DNA from: an uncultured Actinomycetes bacterium
Lineage (GTDB): Bacteria > Actinomycetota > Thermoleophilia > Gaiellales > Gaiellaceae
DNA: 64,000 bases
Assembly: GCA_963733015.1 (NCBI GenBank)
Contig: CAVTBO010000003.1
Span: forward strand, 44,635-108,634
Direction: 5' to 3'
In this document: one piece after another, positions 9,662 to 18,774 of the stretch
Numbering within the stretch: the first letter of the stretch is position 1
How the letters are laid out: every line of letters starts with the position of its first letter
Translations under genes and position numbers: made by a program
Notes under the pieces: generated by a model
The model's database searches: none
Told to the model about the DNA's origin: nothing
Seen by the model: the letters and a program-made list of their open reading frames with translations, nothing else

Positions 9662-9921
9662 TGGACGTCCCGCCCGGGTTCGAATGCCGGGCGGTCACGG
9701 TCGAGCCCGGCGGCGACCGTATTTACCACGACGGCGAGTGGAGGGACGCGCTGGTCGTCATCGCGCGGGGCGAGATCGAGCTCGAGGGCCGTGATGGGCG
9801 CCGCCTGCGCCTGACGAGCGGCGCGGTCTTCTGGCTCGCCGGCCTGCCGCTGCGGCGGATCCACAACCACGGCGCCGAGACGGCTCAGCTCGTTGCGATC
9901 TGTCGCTGTGCGGACTCGTAA
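9661..9921 (+). CDS. small cupin-like protein
   Basis: ATG overlaps sigma stop (TGATG at 9659-9663); 86 aa, beta-rich (VVIARGEIELEGRDG..LRLTSGAVFWL), fold call tentative. Confidence 0.5.
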   Translation: MDVPPGFECRAVTVEPGGDRIYHDGEWRDALVVIARGEIELEGRDGRRLRLTSGAVFWLAGLPLRRIHNHGAETAQLVAICRCADS

Positions 9922-9924
9922 GGG

Positions 9925-10392
9925 TCAGGCGGGCTTGCCGGACATCGCCCACACCGCGACGACATAGGCCGCGAGGAGGACGAGCGAGAGGATCATCGTC
10001 ACCCGCAGCAAGCCTGCGCCCTTCCCGCCTCGCAATCTGCGGATGCCGATGCCGCCGACGACGAGGCTGATGAGGAGGATGAGCCCTCCAAGGTCCGCCG
10101 CCAGGTACCCGATGCCGAGCCAGGCCGGCTCTTCGAAGTCATCGGGCAGGTCGTCCCAGCCCTGCTCCGAGTAGATCCACTGTGCCCCGATTCGCATGAT
10201 GAACCAGCCTGGGAGCGACACCGCCACCAGCGTCCAGTAGCCGAGCCGAAGCGAGCGGGCATCGCCCCGCGCCAGCGCCAGGATCGTCGACGCGCTGAGA
10301 AGCCCTCCGACGAGGATCGTCGCGCCGAGCACATGGACGAAGAGCGGGAAGTTCTGCCCGTCCGCGCGGACCGTTGCGAAGAGTGCGCTCAT
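9925..10392 (-). CDS. integral membrane protein (paralog-like partner of upstream gene)
   Basis: ATG 10392 in ATGA overlap with upstream stop; four hydrophobic segments; N-terminal 70 codons of the supplied ORF are shadow sequence. Confidence 0.6.
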   Translation of the reverse strand: MSALFATVRADGQNFPLFVHVLGATILVGGLLSASTILALARGDARSLRLGYWTLVAVSLPGWFIMRIGAQWIYSEQGWDDLPDDFEEPAWLGIGYLAADLGGLILLISLVVGGIGIRRLRGGKGAGLLRVTMILSLVLLAAYVVAVWAMSGKPA

Positions 10393-10868
10393 GCGCCCGG
10401 CTTCCAGATCATGTCCACGAGGATCAGGAGGAGAACCAGGCTCGCAAGCGACTGCAGGAGGAGCCCCTGCTGCGTCCGATTGATCGCAAGCAGCTCGGCG
10501 TTCGGCCCCTGCGCCCCGGACTGATCCAGCTCTTGAGCTTTCGTCGCGCCGGCCATGTAGGCCTGGCCAGTCCGCTGGCCGATCCCGGCGGCGACGAACC
10601 ACAAGATGAGCGCTGCGACGATCCAGGGATCCCAGATGTCGTAGTCGCCGACCGAGAAGGCGAGCCAGATCCCGAGCACGATCGTCCCGCCGGCGCCGAT
10701 CCCGATCGCAGCGTTGCCCACCTTGGTGAACGGGGCGAAGCGGAGGGTCCCTTCAGGCGTGTCCGTCCGACGGACCGCGACAATCAGCACCCAGAACAGC
10801 ACAACTCCGGCGACGTACGCGAACGCGCTCAGAACGTGAAGCGCGAGCATCCAGTCGTCGAAGGTCAC
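10389..10868 (-). CDS. integral membrane protein (DUF2269-like)
   Basis: 159-aa four-TM ORF, high GC3; family assignment from memory only. Confidence 0.6.
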   Translation of the reverse strand: MTFDDWMLALHVLSAFAYVAGVVLFWVLIVAVRRTDTPEGTLRFAPFTKVGNAAIGIGAGGTIVLGIWLAFSVGDYDIWDPWIVAALILWFVAAGIGQRTGQAYMAGATKAQELDQSGAQGPNAELLAINRTQQGLLLQSLASLVLLLILVDMIWKPGA

Positions 10869-10902
10869 CGGGGGATCCTATGAAGTCTGATAGTCCAGGG
10901 TC

Positions 10903-12117
10903 ATGCGCTTCGGGGGGATCGCCGGATGCCTCGTGCTCGCGCTCGCCGTCGCCGGCGGCGCCGCCGGTGCGGAGCCCCGCTCGCGCTCGCTCGGTCTCCC
11001 CTGGTCGGGATCCCTCGCGGGCGGCGTTCGACTCCCGCCGCAGAGCGAGCACCACTTCACGTGGGACTCCGTCCGGAAGCGCTCGCCGAGCCGCGAGTGG
11101 AGGCGGCACGGGAACGCGCGGCTCGTGCGGACGATTCTCGGTGTGCTCGCCGAGTACGCGGCGGCCCACCCGGGATCGGCGCGCGTCGGCGTCGGCGACC
11201 TCTCGCGGCCGCGAGGTGGGGACTTCGGCTCGCGCTACGGCGGGATCGGCCATGCGTCCCACCAGAACGGGCTCGACGCGGACGTGTATTACCCGCGGCG
11301 CGACAGGCGTGAGCGCCCACCGCGTGTCCCCGGGCAGATCGACCGTCCGCTCGCGCAGGACCTGGTCGACCGATTCGTCGCCGCGGGCGCGGCGAAGGTC
11401 TTCGTCGGGCCGAACACCGGACTACGCGGCCCGCCGGCGGTCGTGGAGGTGCTTCCCGCCCACCACGACAACCATCTCCACGTGCGGCTGCCCGGAGACG
11501 GTGTCTCGTCTTCGCCGGTCGGCGTCAGCACGCGGGGACTCCCGATCAGGGCCTTCACGCTCGGCTCGGGCCGGCCGCGGATCCTCGTCTTCGGGTGCAT
11601 CCACGGAAACGAGTGCGCGGGCAGCGTCGTCGCCACCCGCCTGTTGCACGCGCGTCCGCCGCGCCGCGGCTCGATCACCGTCGTCCAGGACCTGAACCCG
11701 GACGGCCACGCGTCGAAGCGGCGCGGGAACGCGCGAGGCGTCGACCTGAACCGCAATTTCCCCGGAACCTGGCGGCGCATCCCGACCGCGGGCCCCACGC
11801 CGGGCTCCGAAGTCGAGACGAGGCTCGCGATGCGGCTCGTCCAGCGGCTGCGCCCGGACGTGACGATCTGGTTCCACCAGCCGCAGGGGCTCGTGCGCGC
11901 CTGGGGGCGGAGCGTCGTGATCGCCAGGCGCTACGCGCGGCTCGCCGGGATGCGCTTTGCCCGGCTACGGCGGCCGCCCGGCGCGGCGACCGCGTGGCAG
12001 CACGGAGCCCTGCCCGCGTCGCGCGCCTTCGTCGTCGAACTGCCGCCGGGCGGGCTGGGGCTGCGTGCGGCCGGCCCGCATGCGCTAGCGACGCTTCGGC
12101 TCGCGGGCAATGGGTAG
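10903..12117 (+). CDS. secreted fusion: LAS/M74 murein endopeptidase (MepA-like) + M14 peptidase (MpaA-like murein peptide amidase)
   Basis: Signal peptide; HASHQNGLDAD and HHDNHLH (LAS zinc motifs) in N-half; HGNE, NPDG, DLNRNF, WFHQ (M14 motifs) in C-half. Confidence 0.8.
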   Translation: MRFGGIAGCLVLALAVAGGAAGAEPRSRSLGLPWSGSLAGGVRLPPQSEHHFTWDSVRKRSPSREWRRHGNARLVRTILGVLAEYAAAHPGSARVGVGDLSRPRGGDFGSRYGGIGHASHQNGLDADVYYPRRDRRERPPRVPGQIDRPLAQDLVDRFVAAGAAKVFVGPNTGLRGPPAVVEVLPAHHDNHLHVRLPGDGVSSSPVGVSTRGLPIRAFTLGSGRPRILVFGCIHGNECAGSVVATRLLHARPPRRGSITVVQDLNPDGHASKRRGNARGVDLNRNFPGTWRRIPTAGPTPGSEVETRLAMRLVQRLRPDVTIWFHQPQGLVRAWGRSVVIARRYARLAGMRFARLRRPPGAATAWQHGALPASRAFVVELPPGGLGLRAAGPHALATLRLAGNG

Positions 12118-12127
12118 CTTGAAACCC

Positions 12128-13093
12128 ATGCACGCCGTCACGAGCAACGGGCTGCGGAAGAGGTACGGGAAGGTCGAGGCGCTTCGCGGGATCGACCTCC
12201 AGGTGGAGGCTGGAAGCGTCTTCGGGCTCCTCGGTCCCAACGGGGCCGGGAAGACGACGGCTGTGCGGATCCTGACCACGTTGCTCTCGCCGGACGAGGG
12301 CTCTGCCTCCGTCGCAGGGTTCGACGTGCTCCAGCAGCCGAGCAAGGTCCGCGAGAACATCGGCCTTGCCGGCCAGTACGCCGCCGTCGACGAGAACCTG
12401 ACCGGGTGGGAGAACCTCGAGATGGTGGGCCGCCTCTACCACCTCGGCCGCCGTGCCGCCAAAGCGCGAGCCGACGAGCTCCTCGCCGACTTCGATCTCA
12501 CGGAGGCCGGCGGCAGGCTCGTCCGCACCTATTCCGGAGGGATGCGTCGCCGCCTCGACCTCCTCGCGGCGCTCGTCGCACGTCCGCCGGTGCTCTTCCT
12601 GGACGAGCCGACGACCGGGCTCGACATCCGCAGCCGCATCGGGCTCTGGGATGCGATGGAGGCGCTCGTCGCCGGCGGGACGACCGTGCTGCTGACCACG
12701 CAGTACCTCGACGAGGCCGACCGCCTCGCCGACCGGATGGCAGTCATCGACCGCGGCCTGGTCATCGCAGAGGGAACGCCGGACGATCTCAAGGCACAGG
12801 TCGGCGGCGATCGCCTCGAGGTCCATCTCTGTGACGGACGGCGCGGCGAGGAGGCGATCCCCGTGCTCGCCTCCATCGCAAGCGATCGCCCGTCGGCGGA
12901 TAACGGCCTGGTCAGCGTGCCGCTGCGCGACCGGAGCGGCGCGATCGCGGACGCCGTTCGTCGCCTCGACGAAGCGGGGATCGCGATCGACGACATCGCG
13001 ATGCGGCGACCGACACTCGACGACGTCTTCCTCAGCCTGACGGGGCGCGCCACCGAGCACGACGAGGAAGCCCAGGAGGCGGAGCGGCGATGA
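12128..13093 (+). CDS. ABC transporter ATP-binding protein (DrrA-like)
   Basis: Walker A GPNGAGKTT, YSGGMRRRLDL, Walker B LFLDEPTTGLD; ATG 12128 chosen (12110 would overlap previous gene). Confidence 0.85.
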   Translation: MHAVTSNGLRKRYGKVEALRGIDLQVEAGSVFGLLGPNGAGKTTAVRILTTLLSPDEGSASVAGFDVLQQPSKVRENIGLAGQYAAVDENLTGWENLEMVGRLYHLGRRAAKARADELLADFDLTEAGGRLVRTYSGGMRRRLDLLAALVARPPVLFLDEPTTGLDIRSRIGLWDAMEALVAGGTTVLLTTQYLDEADRLADRMAVIDRGLVIAEGTPDDLKAQVGGDRLEVHLCDGRRGEEAIPVLASIASDRPSADNGLVSVPLRDRSGAIADAVRRLDEAGIAIDDIAMRRPTLDDVFLSLTGRATEHDEEAQEAERR

Positions 13094-13863
13094 GCACCGC
13101 CCAGTACGTGCTTTCCGACACCTTCGTGCTCGCGAAGCGAAGCCTGAAGCGGATTCGGCGCCAGCCCGACCTGCTGGTCGGCTTCACGGTCCAGCCGATC
13201 ATGTTCGTGCTGCTGTTCGTCTACGTCTTCGGCGGCGCCATCGATACCGGCGACCTGGACTACGTGGACTTCCTGATCCCGGGGATCATCGTCCAGTCGA
13301 TGGTGTTCGGCGGCTTCGTGACCGCGCTCGGGCTCTCTGAAGACCTGAAGAAGGGCCTGATCGACAGGTTCCGGTCGCTGCCGATGTGGGGGCCGGCCGT
13401 GATCGCCGGTCGGATCCTCGCCGACGTCGGGACGAACGTGATCCAGCTCGTGATCATGTTCACGGTCGGGATCATTGCCGGCTTCCGCTTCGACTCCAGC
13501 TTCCCCGAGATCGTCGCCGGGATGCTGCTCCTGCTCCTGATCGGCTACGCGTTCTCGTGGGTGTTCGCGTTCATCGGGCTGTCGGCGTCCTCACCGGAGG
13601 CCGCCAACGCGTACGGCTTCACGATCCTCTTCCCGCTTACCTTCATCTCGTCGGCCTTCGTGCCGGTGGACACGATGCCGGACTGGCTGCAGCCCATCGC
13701 CGAGCACAACCCGTTCACGACCATGGTCGACGCGGCGCGGGCGCTGTTCATCGGCACACCCGCCGGGAACGACATCTGGCTCGCGATCGTCTGGTCGTTC
13801 GCGATCATCGTCGTCTTCAGCTCGCTGTCCGTTTGGCGCTACCAGCGCGCGGTCGGCCGCTAG
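13090..13863 (+). CDS. ABC-2 type exporter permease
   Basis: ATGA overlap with ATPase stop; six-TM 257-aa protein. Confidence 0.8.
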   Translation: MSTAQYVLSDTFVLAKRSLKRIRRQPDLLVGFTVQPIMFVLLFVYVFGGAIDTGDLDYVDFLIPGIIVQSMVFGGFVTALGLSEDLKKGLIDRFRSLPMWGPAVIAGRILADVGTNVIQLVIMFTVGIIAGFRFDSSFPEIVAGMLLLLLIGYAFSWVFAFIGLSASSPEAANAYGFTILFPLTFISSAFVPVDTMPDWLQPIAEHNPFTTMVDAARALFIGTPAGNDIWLAIVWSFAIIVVFSSLSVWRYQRAVGR

Positions 13864-13886
13864 GCGCGAACCGCTACCGTCCCGCC

Positions 13887-14624
13887 GTGATTCGCCTGCT
13901 CGGAGCGCTTGCGATCGCCGCCGCCCTCGGGTTGGGCGGCTCGACGGCCGAGGCCCAGCCGCCGCAGTCGCTCCGCGTGCTCTTCCTCGGGAACAGCCTC
14001 ACGGCGACGAACGACCTTCCGGCCGCCGTCGCGCGGATAGCGAGCCGCGCCGGGAGGCGGCTCGAGTACCGAACGATCGCACCGGGTGGTTACGCGCTGG
14101 AAGATCACTGGAACCTCGACGAGTCGCGCGCCGCCCTCGCCGGCGGACGCTGGGACGTCGTGGTCATGCAACAAGGACCGTCGGCCCTTCCCGAGAGCCA
14201 GGCGAACCTGCGCGAGTATGCGCTGCGCTGGTCGGCGGAGGCTCGGGCGCGCGGGGCCCGCCTGGCGTTGCTGACCGTGTGGCCCGAGTCGTATCGTCGG
14301 AGCGCGCTCACCGAGGTGATCGCGTCGTACCGCCGGGCCGCCGCGAGCGCGAAGGCCGAGCTTCTCCCCGGCGGGGACGCGTGGCGGAGAGCCTGGCACT
14401 GCGAGCCCGGCACCCCGCTGTACGGGCCCGACGGGTTCCACCCGAGTGCGCTCGGCACCTACACCGCGGCGCTGGTCGTCTACGGCCGGCTCTTCAAGGC
14501 GCCGCTGATGGGCGGCAAGCCGCCCGCAGGTGTTCGGCCGCGCACCGCCCGGCTCGTCCAGTGGGCGGCCGCGACGTCGCTCGGCCGGCGTTTCTCGCCC
14601 ACCCGGCGCTGCGGCCGCGCCTAG
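13887..14624 (+). CDS. secreted SGNH/GDSL-type hydrolase
   Basis: GTG 13887, signal peptide VIRLLGALAIAAALGLGGSTAEA, block I FLGNSLT and block V DGFHPS. Confidence 0.7.
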   Translation: MIRLLGALAIAAALGLGGSTAEAQPPQSLRVLFLGNSLTATNDLPAAVARIASRAGRRLEYRTIAPGGYALEDHWNLDESRAALAGGRWDVVVMQQGPSALPESQANLREYALRWSAEARARGARLALLTVWPESYRRSALTEVIASYRRAAASAKAELLPGGDAWRRAWHCEPGTPLYGPDGFHPSALGTYTAALVVYGRLFKAPLMGGKPPAGVRPRTARLVQWAAATSLGRRFSPTRRCGRA

Positions 14625-14627
14625 GAC

Positions 14628-15101
14628 TCAGAACCCGAAGCGCACCTCGGTGAAGTACCAGAGGCTGGACGTGCTCCAGAGCGCCACGAGGACCGTGAAC
14701 AGCGTCCCGCCGGCGACCGGGACGAGCCAGCGCGGGTGGTCGCGGTCGTGGACGTACCAGAGCTTCACTGCGAGGACGCCGTAGACGAACGACCCGAGCA
14801 GAGAGTGCGCGAAGACGCGGGCGTCCGAGGTCTGAAAGCCGAGGATGAAGATGCAGTGGAAGGCGACCGGAATCGTCGCGAGGACGGCGAGGCGCCCGGA
14901 CCAGCGGTGAATCCCGTTCACCTTCGGCGGCGCGACCGGGACGAAACGCTGCAGCTTGCCGAAGATCCGCGCGCCCGTGAGCACCTGGACGATCGCGAGG
15001 ATCGCGGCGGCTGTGGCGAACCAGGCCTTGAAGGCGATCGGCGTGGAGAACACCGAGGTGACGATGTCCGTGTAGGTGGACTCGATGCTGGCGACCGGCA
15101 C
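14628..15101 (-). CDS. integral membrane protein, 4 TM (DUF6529-like, tentative)
   Basis: 157-aa hydrophobic ORF with high GC3, diverges from cytochrome c gene. Confidence 0.6.
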   Translation of the reverse strand: MPVASIESTYTDIVTSVFSTPIAFKAWFATAAAILAIVQVLTGARIFGKLQRFVPVAPPKVNGIHRWSGRLAVLATIPVAFHCIFILGFQTSDARVFAHSLLGSFVYGVLAVKLWYVHDRDHPRWLVPVAGGTLFTVLVALWSTSSLWYFTEVRFGF

Positions 15102-15126
15102 GGCGCGACCTTATTACGATCGCGGC

Positions 15127-15489
15127 ATGTCGAGGCGCGCTCGTCTCATCGTTGTCCCGGCGATCCTGCTCGTCGGCGTCACGGCGGGCGTCTACGCGCT
15201 CGCCGAGCTTCACCTCGCCAAGGAGGAGGCCGCCGCACCGGCTCCGCCCGCTGCAACGGCCGCGGGTGACGCGACTCGCGGCGAGACGCTGTTCGCCGAG
15301 AACTGTGCGAGCTGCCACGGCGAGGACGGCTCGGGCGGCGGCGTCGGCCCGACGCTGGCCGGAAGCGGAGTCGCGCGCGAGGACGCCCAGGCGACGATCG
15401 AGAACGGCAGCGGGATCATGCCCGCCGACCTCGTGTCGGGCCAGGACCTGAGCGACGTCCTCGCGTACCTGGAGACGATCTCCGGTTAG
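15127..15489 (+). CDS. membrane-anchored c-type cytochrome
   Basis: ATG 15127, N-terminal TM anchor, haem motif CASCH and distal GIMPA Met. Confidence 0.85.
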   Translation: MSRRARLIVVPAILLVGVTAGVYALAELHLAKEEAAAPAPPAATAAGDATRGETLFAENCASCHGEDGSGGGVGPTLAGSGVAREDAQATIENGSGIMPADLVSGQDLSDVLAYLETISG

Positions 15490-15521
15490 GAGAGCAAGAG
15501 GCTGCGACCGGCCACCGGTTG

Positions 15522-16934
15522 TCAGCCTGGAAGGAGCAGCTCGGCGGCGGCTTCGAGATTCACCCGGCCGCGCCCTCGCGTCGCGACGTAGCTCACACCG
15601 GCGGGTCGCCAGACGGGAAGCCCGATCTCGACGAGGACGGCGTCGTCAGCCTGGTCGAGGATCTTCTGCGCTGCGTCCTGCTGCCATGGATGCCGGTGTG
15701 CGTCCTGTACGACGACCACCAGCTGGCTCTCCCGGTGCGCGGAGGCAAACGCCGAGGCATCCTCGGCCTCCCCCAGCCTCGCCACCTCGGCGCCGAGCAG
15801 CTCCGCGAGCCCATGGTCGGTTGGCCCGGCAGCAATCGACGGCTCGGGCAGGAGCTCGACTACGAGCGCGGCCCGGGTCAAGCCCACCTCGCCTTCAACG
15901 AGCACGGCGCGCCTGGCCGCCTGCATCCCGACGATCCGCAGGACTTCGCCGTTGCTGGGCGGTTCGATGCTTTCCGTGAGCCGCTCGACTCGGCCGGCCG
16001 CCTGTCGCAGCTGCTCCTCGGAGAGCCTTCCGGACCGGACGGCCTCGACGACCCGGGCGTGAACGCATTCGGGCCGCAGGTCGTGGCCGAGGCAAAGCAG
16101 GTCGGCACCGGCTTCGAGGGCCAAGACGGCTCCTTCCTTCTCGCCGACGGAGCCGCTGACCGCGCGCATCTCGAGGGCGTCGGTCACGACGACTCCATCG
16201 AAGCCGAGCTCATCCCGGAGGAGATCGGTGATCACCGCCCGGCTGAGGGTCCCCGGTGCGTCGTCGAGCCCGGTCACTCGGATGTGCGCGGTCATCACCG
16301 CGCGCGCGCCGGCGTCGACTGCCGCCCGAAACGGCTCGACCATCGCAGCCATCGTCTCGTCGTCGCGCTCGACCGTCGGGAGCTCGAGATGCGAGTCCTC
16401 CTCGGTGTCGCCGTGCCCCGGGAAGTGCTTCGCGCAGGCCGCGACTCCGGAGCTCTGGAGCCCGCTCACGAACGCGGCCACGTGGCGGGAGACGAGCCCC
16501 GGGTCGCTCCCGAACGAGCGGACACCGACGATCGGGTTGTCGGGATTCGTGTTCACGTCCGCGACAGGGGCGAGATCGAGGTTGATGCCCGCAGCAGCCA
16601 GCTCGGCGCCGATGGCGGCTGCGACGTGCCGCGTGAGCTCGACGTCGTCCACGGCACCGAGCGCGTGGTTCCCGGGATAGCGGCTGCCGGTCGAGGCGTC
16701 CAGCCGGCTGACGTCGCCACCCTCCTCGTCGATCGCGACGATCAGGTCGGGACGCTCGCTCCGTAGCTCGGCTGTCAGCTCTGCGAGCTGCTCGCGGCCT
16801 TCGACATTCCACGCGAAGAGGCAGACGCCGCCGAGCCCGCCCTCCAGCCAGGGCCGGACCCAGGCAGGGACACTTGTCCCCTCGAACCCGACGAGCAGAC
16901 AGCGCGCGGCGAGCCGCTCGAGCTCGGCGCTCAC
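15522..16934 (-). CDS. nagZ: glycoside hydrolase family 3 beta-N-acetylhexosaminidase
   Basis: GTG 16934 in GTGA overlap with permease stop; KHFPGHGDTEEDSH and GVVVTDALEM motifs; upstream 230 codons of the supplied 700-aa ORF overlap the permease gene in another frame. Confidence 0.85.
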   Translation of the reverse strand: MSAELERLAARCLLVGFEGTSVPAWVRPWLEGGLGGVCLFAWNVEGREQLAELTAELRSERPDLIVAIDEEGGDVSRLDASTGSRYPGNHALGAVDDVELTRHVAAAIGAELAAAGINLDLAPVADVNTNPDNPIVGVRSFGSDPGLVSRHVAAFVSGLQSSGVAACAKHFPGHGDTEEDSHLELPTVERDDETMAAMVEPFRAAVDAGARAVMTAHIRVTGLDDAPGTLSRAVITDLLRDELGFDGVVVTDALEMRAVSGSVGEKEGAVLALEAGADLLCLGHDLRPECVHARVVEAVRSGRLSEEQLRQAAGRVERLTESIEPPSNGEVLRIVGMQAARRAVLVEGEVGLTRAALVVELLPEPSIAAGPTDHGLAELLGAEVARLGEAEDASAFASAHRESQLVVVVQDAHRHPWQQDAAQKILDQADDAVLVEIGLPVWRPAGVSYVATRGRGRVNLEAAAELLLPG

Positions 16935-17788
16935 TCGCGAACGGCGCCCGCGGTGAGTCCGAAGGCGATCTTCCGGTGCACGAGCACGAAGAACACGACC
17001 ACCGGAAGCGCGGTCAGCGTGGCGCCGGCCATCAAGGGCCCCCAATCCGTCCCGCGGGAAGTCGTGAACGACGCGAGCCAGACCGTCAGCGTCTGCTTCT
17101 CCTGGTCGTTGAGGAAGACATAGGCGATCAGGAACTCGTTCCACGCCTGGATGAACGCGAAGATCGAGGTAGCGACGAGCCCCGGCGCGACGAGAGGAAG
17201 CAGGATCCGCATGAAGGCACCGAAGCGCGTGCTCCCGTCGACCATCGCCGCCTCCTCCAGCTCCTTCGGCACGCCCATGACGAAGCCTCGGAGCGTCCAG
17301 ACCGTGAACGGGAGGACGAACGTCAGGTAGGTGACGATCACCCCGCTGAGCTTGTTCAGCTGGTCTGCACGGCCGAGCGAGATGTACAGAGGAATGATCA
17401 GCGCGTTCAGCGGCACCATCTGCACCGCGATGATCAGGACGATGAACGCCCCACGCCCGTAGAAGCGGAACTTCGCGAGGGCGAGCGCCGCGAGGAACGC
17501 GACAGCGAGCGAGATCGCGACCACGGAGCAGACGATGATCACGCTGTTCTTGACGTTGTCCCAGAAGTACGGCCGATCCATGGCATCCCGGTAGTTGGCC
17601 AGGGTGGCCGGCGAGGGGAACCACTGCGGCTTGTCACTGAGGATGTTCTGGCCGGTCTTGAACGAGGTCGAGATCATCCAGTAGACCGGGAAGACCATCA
17701 CCACCAGGACCAGGAGCCCGAGGGCGTTCCACCCGACACGGCCGATGACCTTGCGACGACTGCGCCGGCGGGGCAGGACGGCGCTCAC
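16931..17788 (-). CDS. carbohydrate ABC transporter permease
   Basis: GTG 17788 (GTGA overlap); EAA loop EEAAMVDGSTRFGAFMRILLPLVAPG. Confidence 0.85.
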   Translation of the reverse strand: MSAVLPRRRSRRKVIGRVGWNALGLLVLVVMVFPVYWMISTSFKTGQNILSDKPQWFPSPATLANYRDAMDRPYFWDNVKNSVIIVCSVVAISLAVAFLAALALAKFRFYGRGAFIVLIIAVQMVPLNALIIPLYISLGRADQLNKLSGVIVTYLTFVLPFTVWTLRGFVMGVPKELEEAAMVDGSTRFGAFMRILLPLVAPGLVATSIFAFIQAWNEFLIAYVFLNDQEKQTLTVWLASFTTSRGTDWGPLMAGATLTALPVVVFFVLVHRKIAFGLTAGAVRE

Positions 17789-18774
17789 CGCGTCTCCCCG
17801 ATCCGGATCATCTGGCGGATGTAGAAGAAGGTCGCGACGAACATGATCCCGACCATCACGACGGCGATCGCCGCGCCGAAGCCGTACTCGCCGAGCCGGA
17901 ACGCCTCCACGAACGAGTAGACGCTCATCAGCCAGTAGTCCTCCTCGGGCTCGCCGTCCCGGATCAGCCAGATCTGGTTGAAGATCTGGAAGTCCCAGAT
18001 GATCGAGAGGGTGATCAGGATCACGAAGAGCGGCTTCAGGAGCGGGAACGTCACGTCGCGGAAGACCCGCCAGGCGTTCGCCCCGTCGATCGACGCGGCT
18101 TCGACGAGCTCCTCCGGTACCTGTGAGAAGCCGGCGTAGAGCATGATCGTCACGAACGGGATCGCGCCCCAGACGACGAGGGCCGTGATGACGGCGAAGC
18201 CGGTCGTCGGGTTGGCGAACCAGTCCTTGTTCAGGAAGTCGCCGACGTGCAGCTCGGTCAGCGTCCAGTTGAGGACGCCGAACTCGAAGTCGACCATCCA
18301 GCGGAAGATGTTCACGGCGACGACGACCGGCGTCGCCCAGACGAGCACGAGGCCGGTGGTCAGCAGCAGCCGCATGAAGGAGCCGAGCCGGGTCAGCAGC
18401 AGCGCGATCAGCGTGCCGAGCACCATCGTCAGGCCGACGTTCACGAACGTGAAGACGAACGTCCGAAGGACGACGGTCCAGAACTGGTGGTCGTGGAAGA
18501 GCCGCGTGTAGTTGTCCAGCCCGATCCACGGCCCCTCCTGGAGGATCAGCTCGGCGAGGCCGAACTGCTGCAACGACAGCCGGCCGAGGAGATAGAGCGG
18601 GTACCCGAGGACGGCGGCGATCACGAGCGCCGCCGGGGTGAGCAGCGCGTACGGGGTCAGCGCCCGGGCAACCGCATGGCGCGTGACACGGCGCCGCCGC
18701 CGAGGAATCGCAGTCTCGGCGGCGGCGGCCGTGAGGGCCGGGAAGCCCGTCTCGCCTCCCGGCCCGGAGCTCAC
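17785..18774 (-). CDS. carbohydrate ABC transporter permease
   Basis: GTG 18774 (GTGA overlap with SBP stop); EAA loop VEAASIDGANAWRVFRDVTFPLLKP. Confidence 0.85.
   Translation of the reverse strand: MSSGPGGETGFPALTAAAAETAIPRRRRRVTRHAVARALTPYALLTPAALVIAAVLGYPLYLLGRLSLQQFGLAELILQEGPWIGLDNYTRLFHDHQFWTVVLRTFVFTFVNVGLTMVLGTLIALLLTRLGSFMRLLLTTGLVLVWATPVVVAVNIFRWMVDFEFGVLNWTLTELHVGDFLNKDWFANPTTGFAVITALVVWGAIPFVTIMLYAGFSQVPEELVEAASIDGANAWRVFRDVTFPLLKPLFVILITLSIIWDFQIFNQIWLIRDGEPEEDYWLMSVYSFVEAFRLGEYGFGAAIAVVMVGIMFVATFFYIRQMIRIGETR

Noticed and set aside
15522-17624. 700-aa ORF that could be read as a permease-GH3 fusion; likewise 22439-24169 (576 aa) and 56677-58485 (602 aa)
   Set aside because: The N-terminal extensions overlap the preceding gene in a different frame and are compositionally non-protein-like. 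Internal GTG/ATG starts in 4-nt overlaps or behind good RBSs give normal-length NagZ, NagA and CoA ligase.
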